DNA from: an uncultured Armatimonadia bacterium
GTDB taxonomy: Bacteria; Armatimonadota; Zipacnadia; CAZGSV01
DNA: 64,000 nucleotides
Direction of reading: 5' to 3'
NCBI GenBank assembly: GCA_964528605.1
Contig: CAZGSV010000007.1
Coordinates: forward strand, 62-64,061
Made by a program: the position numbers and the translations under genes. The first letter of the stretch is position 1; every line of letters begins with the position of its first letter. Below, in pieces: positions 9,550 through 15,741 of the stretch. Below the pieces are notes generated by a model that saw only the letters and a program-made list of their open reading frames with translations, was not told the origin of the DNA and did no database searches.

Positions 9550-9629
9550 CTTGCGACCCCCTGACCATTCCAATCTACCCGCTCCAAACGCTCCGCACAA
9601 GCCCCACAGCCATCCCGCAGACTCTCCCC

Positions 9630-9658
9630 TTGAGCGCCGCGTCGCCCGGTGCTAGCAT
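9630..9658 (+). promoter_or_regulatory. Putative sigma70 promoter of the selenoprotein/sel cluster
   Basis: TTGAGC (9630-9635), 17-nt spacer, TAGCAT (9653-9658) with an extended -10 TG at 9650-9651; 60 nt upstream of ATG 9718. Confidence 0.55.
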
Positions 9659-9717
9659 GGTCCTTGGGCCACCCGGCCTCTGAACACCGAGCTCCTTCCA
9701 CGCGCTGTGACACTGGA

Positions 9718-9969
9718 ATGACCAGAAAGAACAGGCTACGGCTCCTGCTGCTCATCGCCGCCGTCCTTCTCTCCGGCGCGCTCATAGCGTTCTCCACGCT
9801 CAAGGTCAGATACCCTGTTCAGGACACCGTCAAAACGGAGCCGGACATTACCCGCCTCAGCCTCACCCACAGTGTGGAGCGCGGCCCCGACGGCCGTCTG
9901 ACGATGCCTGCGGGAGCGCCCGCCGCTGGCGCCGGCGGGGCCGCCCAGCCGTGCCCTACCTGACTCTAG
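9718..9969 (+). CDS. Small membrane-anchored candidate selenoprotein ending C-P-T-U-L (CxxU)
   Basis: MTRKNRLRLLLLIAAVLLSGALIAFSTL...AAQPCPT, then TGA(9961-9963) CTC TAG(9967-9969). A 9-bp hairpin has its loop 23 nt after the TGA. If TGA is a stop the protein is 81 aa ending CPT. Confidence 0.55.
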
Positions 9970-9976
9970 GGCGAAC

Positions 9977-10762
9977 ATGATTATGGGTTCCATAATCAAG
10001 GCAAAACGAACGATCAGGGCGCGGGTGGTAACTCAGTGGGCAGCGTTGGGCCTCTTCAACTTGCACTTCCTCTCTCTGCGTTCGGTGTGCGCCCCCGTCC
10101 TCAACTGTCATTCCTGCCCTCTCGCCGTCTTCGCCTGCCCCGTCGGCGTCCTGGTCAACTTCTCCGTGCTGCGCCTGGTCCCGTTCATCACGCTAGGCGT
10201 GCTCGGCTTAGCCGGCGCGCTCGGCGGCCGCTTCGTCTGCGGCTGGCTCTGCCCCTTCGGCCTCCTTCAGGACTGGGCCAAGAAGATCAGAAGCAGGAAC
10301 GCCAGCCTGTCCCGCCGCTTCGTTTATCTGAAGTACGCCCTCCTTGCCGGCCTCGTCTTCGCCGTGCCGTTCTTCCTTCCTAAGTCAACCTACGCCTTCT
10401 GCAATCTGTGCCCGGCCGGAACCCTCGAGTCCGCCATACCCTGGGCCGTCATGGGCCTTTCGTCTCCGTGGCGCTGGAGTTTCGGCCTCAGGGCGGCCCT
10501 CCTCCTCGGCACGGTTGTCCTTGCCATCGCCGTCAGCAGGGGATTCTGTCGGACCCTCTGTCCCCTCGGCGCCATACTGGGCGTCTTCAACAAAGTCTCC
10601 TTGCTCAGGCTCAGGCTGACCAAGGAGGACTGCAACCACTGCGGCGCCTGCGCGCGCCGATGCCCTGTGGGCATTGACCCCGCCCGCCAGATCAACCACC
10701 CCGAGTGCATCCGCTGCCTTGAGTGCACCAGAACCGGCCACTTGCAGTTAGGGCCTAGATAG
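9977..10762 (+). CDS. Membrane 4Fe-4S binding protein (NapH/MauN/RdxA-like polyferredoxin)
   Basis: Motifs 'NCHSCPLAVFACPVG', 'CGWLCPFG', 'CNLCPAG', 'FCRTLCPLG', 'CNHCGACARRCP', 'ECIRCLEC', with TM segments between them. Confidence 0.88.
   Translation: MIMGSIIKAKRTIRARVVTQWAALGLFNLHFLSLRSVCAPVLNCHSCPLAVFACPVGVLVNFSVLRLVPFITLGVLGLAGALGGRFVCGWLCPFGLLQDWAKKIRSRNASLSRRFVYLKYALLAGLVFAVPFFLPKSTYAFCNLCPAGTLESAIPWAVMGLSSPWRWSFGLRAALLLGTVVLAIAVSRGFCRTLCPLGAILGVFNKVSLLRLRLTKEDCNHCGACARRCPVGIDPARQINHPECIRCLECTRTGHLQLGPR
9978..9998 (+). promoter_or_regulatory. SECIS-like hairpin 1
   Basis: TGATTATGG-GTT-CCATAATCA, a perfect 9-bp AU-rich stem with a G-first loop, inside the known 16-37 nt UGA-to-loop window. 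Confidence 0.55.
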
Positions 10763-10800
10763 GTCTGTCATGTAGCTAGTGGCGAGGAGGGGAGCGCCAA

Positions 10801-11616
10801 ATGTTGATCGTGACCATACTGGCCGCTATGCTCGCGGGGGTGTTGGGCCTGGGGTGGCTTGTCCCTTTGATCATGGGCATCGTCTACCTCAGGAGGAGGA
10901 CGGGCGGAACGGTCCTCACTGTTCTGGGAGGAGTCTGGCTCCTCGGAGTCGTCGCCATTGTCGCGCTCGGGGCCCTGAGTGCCCGCGAGTGGCACCGTAG
11001 TTACGACTACTCGCCGAAGATCGAGCAATTCGACGCAGCGAAGTACACTGGACCGACAGGGACTATCGCCCTGACCTACAAGGGCCGTTCGAGACTTGAG
11101 GTCTACCAGCACGAGCAGCGCAAGCGGTTGCGCCTCTCAACGGACGACGGCACGATCAAGGCGCCCGTCGGTATCTACTCCGTCCTGAGTTACGAGGCCA
11201 TCGCCAAGGACGCCAAGAGAGCCCAATGGGTCGCCACGTACCGCCCCGATTCTCTCAAAGCCGCCGTCAGCGCCGGCGCCACGACCAAACTCGACCTCGG
11301 CCCGCCACTCACCGCCTCAATCACCGTCAAGAAGGCGCCCAACGACAGCGTAACCATGGACTTCAGCCTTACCGGAGCCACCGCCGGGCAGTACACAATC
11401 ACCAAGGCCCACGGTGTCCAGGTAGCCCCCTCTTTCGTGGCCCTCGACCAGTCGGGCCGCACCGTCTGGCGCGGCCGGTTCGAGTATGGCTGAGGGGGCA
11501 CCTGTGGGTATTCCGGGCGAATACCAAAGGAAGTCAAGGGAAAGGTCACCATCCGTCCGGTCGTCGAGGCGGGGCCCTTTTCCATCAAGGCCAAAGACAC
11601 GATCTGGTCAAGGTGA
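10801..11616 (+). CDS. Membrane-anchored candidate selenoprotein (U231 in F-E-Y-G-U-G-G-T-C)
   Basis: RBS AGGAGG and two N-terminal TM helices. The in-frame TGA 11491-11493 is followed by 40 open codons (GGTCGYSGRIPKEVKGKVTIRPVVEAGPFSIKAKDTIWSR) to TGA-TAG at 11614-11619. A SECIS-like hairpin loop lies 20 nt after the TGA. Confidence 0.8.
11507..11525 (+). promoter_or_regulatory. SECIS-like hairpin 2
   Basis: GGTATTC-CGGGC-GAATACC, 7-bp perfect stem, G in the second loop position. Confidence 0.75.
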
Positions 11617-11677
11617 TAGAATTGGGTGGTGATGGCTGGGTTATGCCTGGCCGATCAAGAGATGGGGGTGCGCCAAC

Positions 11678-12616
11678 ATGACGCGCAGTAGGACACTGAA
11701 GGCTGCCGCTTTGGCGCTTGTCTTCCTAACGGGACTGGCGTGTGTCGCGTTCCTGGGCTCCTGCCGGCAACCACCGACCACCAGCCCTCCTCCGCGTACG
11801 GTCGTTACGCCACCTAGCACGTTTCCCCTCGCTCGGCCGGCCGCGGTCCGCGACGACGGCAAGCCGCGCTACGGCAAGATCGTTCTCAACCAGGACGCCT
11901 CGAAGGTCCTGCTGGTCTCCTTCGAGCGCTCGCCTGAGGCCCGCGCGGGCTACGACCTCATCCGCGCAGACACCAAGTTCACAGGCTCCCTCAAGAACGC
12001 CGAGCAGATACCAGGTACTCTCACCGCATCGGGTACTGTCTTCTCGGCCCGCTTCCCCATTATCAACCTGCAGGTGCCCTTCAACCAGAAGGGCAGCGGC
12101 ATCCCGAACCCTTCGTCCGTTCAGTTCAGGTACTACGGCTCCGGCTCGGACCCGCGGGTCAACGTATCCGTCAGAACTCGCCTCCGCGAGGGCGCTACCT
12201 ACTGGGACTACTCCTTCCGGGGCATGCTCAAACCCTCGGCTAGCCCGCAGACCGCTCCCGTGCTCGACCTGAGCCGTGCGGCCAAACCAAACATCGAGAT
12301 CACGACCCAGCCGGACCCCGCGAAGAAAGGGTACACAGGCATCGGCCTCCAGTTGGGCGTCGCGGACATGGAGGTGGATTTCTGGAAAGGAACGATGCCC
12401 TCCACCGCACCGTCCGCCACCATCGTGTTCACCGCTGAAGGCGGTCGCGTCGCGCACCGCAGTACCGCCTCACTCGACAAGTTTACCTTTGGCTGAAGCG
12501 GCTCATGTGGGTATTCCGTGCGAATACCAAAGGGCAAATACACCCTTACCGCCAGCGTGGACACGGGCCCGCTGGCCGGAGTGGTCAAGGGCACCAAGGC
12601 TGTTGTCCTCAACTAA
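11678..12616 (+). CDS. Lipoprotein candidate selenoprotein (U273 in F-T-F-G-U-S-G-S-C)
   Basis: Signal peptide with lipobox 'LGSC' and a Pro/Thr linker. The in-frame TGA 12494-12496 is followed by 39 open codons (SGSCGYSVRIPKGKYTLTASVDTGPLAGVVKGTKAVVLN) to TAA 12614-12616. A SECIS-like hairpin loop lies 20 nt after the TGA. Confidence 0.8.
12510..12528 (+). promoter_or_regulatory. SECIS-like hairpin 3
   Basis: GGTATTC-CGTGC-GAATACC, the same stem and spacing as hairpin 2 with one loop substitution. Confidence 0.75.
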
Positions 12617-12736
12617 TCCCTAACTTCGCGGTCTCCGCTCGCCGGCCTTGGGCGGCGCCTCGCCACAGCCCAACCTGCTGCGCCCTGACCACCTCCGTTT
12701 GGGCCAGACCTTGGCTTGTCGCGTGGGAGGCAGCGT

Positions 12737-14158
12737 TTGGATAGCGAGATCCTGCGGCAGCTGCCCTCCGTTGACCAACTCCTGAACGCCGCCGAACGCG
12801 CCGGCCTCATCGGCGAGCACGGCCGTGAGATGGTGCTCAATGCGGCGCGCGCCGTGCTCGACCAGGCCCGGGCCCAGATCGCGCACGGCTCAGCCGCGCT
12901 GCCCGATTCCCGGGAGCATGCTACCGACCTTATCGTCGGCCAGATCGCGGGCTATCTGCAAGAAGCGGCCAGTCGCTCCCTCGGTCGTGCCGTGAACGCA
13001 ACCGGCATCATCATCCACACCGGCCTAGGCCGAGCCCTGTTGCCCCGCACCGCCGCCGAGGCCGTAGCCGAGGTCCTGGGTGGCTACTGCAACCTCGCGG
13101 TTGACCCGGACACGGGCCAGCGCGGACACCGAGACTCGCACCTCGTCGGCCTCCTCTGTGAACTCACCGGCGCCGAGGCCGCCACCATGGTCAACAACAA
13201 CGCCGCCGCCACCATGATCATCCTCAACACGCTGGCCAAGGGGAAAGAGGTCATCGTCTCCCGTGGCCAACTGGTCGAGATCGGCGGCTCCTTCCGCATG
13301 CCGGAGGTCATGGAGGCCAGTGGCGCCATCCTCCGGGAAGTGGGCACTACCAACAAGACCTACCTGAGCGACTACCTCAACGCTATCGGCGACAACACCG
13401 GAGCCATCCTGCGCGTCCACCAGAGCAACTACCGCATCATCGGTTTCACCGAACAGCCGGCCCTCGAAGGCCTCGTGCGCGTCGGCCACGAGCACAACCT
13501 GCCCGTCATTGACGACCTCGGCAGCGGCGCGCTCCTCGACATGAAGGACTTCGGCCTGGCGCACGAGCCCATGGTGCAAGAGAGCATTCGCGCGGGCGCG
13601 GACGTCGTCTGCTTCAGCGGCGACAAACTTATCGGCGGCCCACAGGCCGGCGTCATCGTTGGCCAGGCCGCTGTCATCGAGAAGATCAAGAAGAACCCGC
13701 TGGCCCGCGCCCTGCGAGTCGGCAAGATGACCATAAGCGCCCTGGAAGCGACGCTGCGCCTGTTCCTCAGCCGCGACAGACTCCTCAGCGAGAATCCGAC
13801 CTATCGCATGTTGTCCCTCCCCCTCTCCGAACTCGACGAGCGGGCCAAGTCCGTCGCCGAGGCGCTGCGCGAAGTCCTCTCAGGCGTCGCCGAAATCGCC
13901 GTCATTGACGGCGCCTCCGAGGTCGGCAGCGGCTCCGTGCCCGCGGAGGCGATTCCCACGCGCCTCCTGAGCGTCAGGCCCACAGCGGTGTCCACTCAGA
14001 CCCTGGCCCGATCACTCCGCCACTACGCCCCCCCCATTTTCGCCCGCGTCCACAAGGACGCGGTGCTCTTCGACTTCCGCACCCTGCAAGCCGAGGAAGA
14101 TGCGATCGTCTGTGCCGCGCTGCGGGCGCTCCTGGCAAATGAGGCGACGTCCGAATGA
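12737..14158 (+). CDS. selA: L-seryl-tRNA(Sec) selenium transferase
   Basis: Motifs 'VNATGIIIHTGLGRA', 'VNNNAAA', 'SRGQLVEIGGSFRMPEVM', PLP-Lys 'FSGDKLIGGPQAG'. TTG 12737 has RBS GGGAGG; TTG 12716 is an alternative. Confidence 0.97.
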   Translation: MDSEILRQLPSVDQLLNAAERAGLIGEHGREMVLNAARAVLDQARAQIAHGSAALPDSREHATDLIVGQIAGYLQEAASRSLGRAVNATGIIIHTGLGRALLPRTAAEAVAEVLGGYCNLAVDPDTGQRGHRDSHLVGLLCELTGAEAATMVNNNAAATMIILNTLAKGKEVIVSRGQLVEIGGSFRMPEVMEASGAILREVGTTNKTYLSDYLNAIGDNTGAILRVHQSNYRIIGFTEQPALEGLVRVGHEHNLPVIDDLGSGALLDMKDFGLAHEPMVQESIRAGADVVCFSGDKLIGGPQAGVIVGQAAVIEKIKKNPLARALRVGKMTISALEATLRLFLSRDRLLSENPTYRMLSLPLSELDERAKSVAEALREVLSGVAEIAVIDGASEVGSGSVPAEAIPTRLLSVRPTAVSTQTLARSLRHYAPPIFARVHKDAVLFDFRTLQAEEDAIVCAALRALLANEATSE

Positions 14159-15741
14159 TAGACCCGGAGAAGAGACGGCGCGTGATGGAGCGGTCCATGA
14201 AGTTGGGCCACTGCATCTGCAACCCCAAGCAGGCCTGCCCGTGTGACCTTTTCAAGGAGCAAGACGTCTGCACCTGCGCCGGCGAGCGCCCTCACCATCT
14301 CTCCTCCGAGGTCCGACTCACCACCCTGGTCGAGAACCCCGGCTGCGCCTCGAAGATCAGCCAGCAGGACCTGAAGCAGATCCTCGTAGGCCTCCCGCAC
14401 GAGACCGACCCGAACGTCCTCGTGAGCGCAAGCACCTGCGACGACGCCGGCATATACCAACTGGACGAGGACCGTGCGCTCGTCCAATCCGTGGACGTCT
14501 TCGCGCCCAGCGTGGACGACCCCTATACCTTCGGCCAGATAGCCGCCGCCAACTCGCTCAGCGACATCTACGCCATGGGCGGCCGGCCCCAAACGGCCCT
14601 CGCCATCATCGGCTTCCCCACCGACAGTCTGAGCGCCGACATCATGACCGAGATCGTCCGCGGCGGCATTGACAAGATGCGCGAGGCCGGCGTCCCCGTC
14701 ATTGGCGGCCACAGCATCAACGACCGCGAGATCAAGTTTGGCTTCGCCGTCACCGGCGTCATCAACCCCTCCACAATCGTCACCAATGCCAATGCCCAGC
14801 CCGGCGACCTCCTGCTGCTAACCAAGCCCCTGGGTGTCGGCGCCATCGCCTTCGCCGCGCAACTGGGGAAGGCGTCGTCGCTCGCGCTCACGGCTTCGGC
14901 CCGCGCCATGAGCCAACTCAACAATACGGCCGCCGAAGTGATGCTCGAAATCGGTGTCAACTCCGCCACCGACGTCACCGGCTTCGGCCTCCTCGGCCAC
15001 CTCACCGAGATGGCCGTCCAGAGCGGCGTCACAGTCGAGGTCTACCCGGAACAGATCCCGACGTTCCCGGAAGCCCTCGATTACCTCTCCCAGGGCATCA
15101 TCTCTGGGGCGGCCGAGCGCAACAAAGAGTACGTCTCGCGCTACGTCACCTTCGCCCCGGGCGTGAGCGAAGCCATGCAGTATCTGCTCTGCGATCCTCA
15201 AACCTCGGGCGGCCTGCTCATGGCCGTCCCGGCCGAGAAGGCCCAGGCGCTGCTCGCCGCGCTTCGCAATCGCGGCGTGGAGGCTGCCTCGATCATCGGC
15301 GCAGTGAGCGCCAAGTCGGAGGCACATATCGTGATCAAGAACAACCAACCTTGCTGTGCGGAAGAAGCCTCGGCTGAGGAGGCAGCGGCCGCGCCGGAGG
15401 AATCCCCCGCCGCTTGCTGTGCCTCCGTCGCTCACGCGGAGTGCTGCGCCACTCCCGACGAGGCTCCCCCAGAGACCGCCGATACTCCCGCCAAGGAGAG
15501 CTTCATGGCCTTCATGGGTGAGGTCATGCGCGAGGGGGGCATCAGCCTCCACAACAAGGAACTCATGGCCATCGCGCTCTCCCTGCTCGCCAAGTGCGAG
15601 CCCTGCGCCAGAATCCACCTGAGCAAGGCCCGCGCCGCCGGCGCCCGCGAGGACGAGATCACCGAGGCCGTCTGGATGGCCGTCGCCTTCGGCGGCGCGC
15701 CCACGCTGATGTTCTATGAATCGCTCAAGGGAAGCGATTGA
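14155..15741 (+). CDS. selD: Selenide, water dikinase (Cys-type) fused to an N-terminal Cys-rich FTR-like domain and a C-terminal AhpD/CMD domain
   Basis: Core 'GCASKI', 'DDAGIY', 'QSVDVF', 'FGQIAAANSLSDIYAMGG', 'GGHS', 'TDVTGFGLLGHL', 'DPQTSGGLL'. Extra N-terminal CIC/CPC/CTC motifs and C-terminal 'KELMAIALSLLAKCEPCARIH'. Confidence 0.95.
   Translation: MIDPEKRRRVMERSMKLGHCICNPKQACPCDLFKEQDVCTCAGERPHHLSSEVRLTTLVENPGCASKISQQDLKQILVGLPHETDPNVLVSASTCDDAGIYQLDEDRALVQSVDVFAPSVDDPYTFGQIAAANSLSDIYAMGGRPQTALAIIGFPTDSLSADIMTEIVRGGIDKMREAGVPVIGGHSINDREIKFGFAVTGVINPSTIVTNANAQPGDLLLLTKPLGVGAIAFAAQLGKASSLALTASARAMSQLNNTAAEVMLEIGVNSATDVTGFGLLGHLTEMAVQSGVTVEVYPEQIPTFPEALDYLSQGIISGAAERNKEYVSRYVTFAPGVSEAMQYLLCDPQTSGGLLMAVPAEKAQALLAALRNRGVEAASIIGAVSAKSEAHIVIKNNQPCCAEEASAEEAAAAPEESPAACCASVAHAECCATPDEAPPETADTPAKESFMAFMGEVMREGGISLHNKELMAIALSLLAKCEPCARIHLSKARAAGAREDEITEAVWMAVAFGGAPTLMFYESLKGSD

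Noticed and set aside
11614-11619. Second possible Sec at TGA 11614
   Set aside because: It is immediately followed by TAG, with no nearby Cys and no hairpin seen; treated as a double stop.
6987-12616. Impression of slightly lower GC3 in the DCCP/selenoprotein block (horizontal transfer)
   Set aside because: It cannot be quantified by eye. A sliding-window GC3/codon-usage computation is needed before any claim.
12505-12744. Small ORF MWVFRANTKG..., echoed by ...LWVFRANTKG in ORF 11226-11681
   Set aside because: It is an off-frame reading of the duplicated SECIS-like element, not an independent peptide.
14338-14358. Sec in SelD active site
   Set aside because: The codon is TGC (GCASK), so this is a Cys-type SelD.
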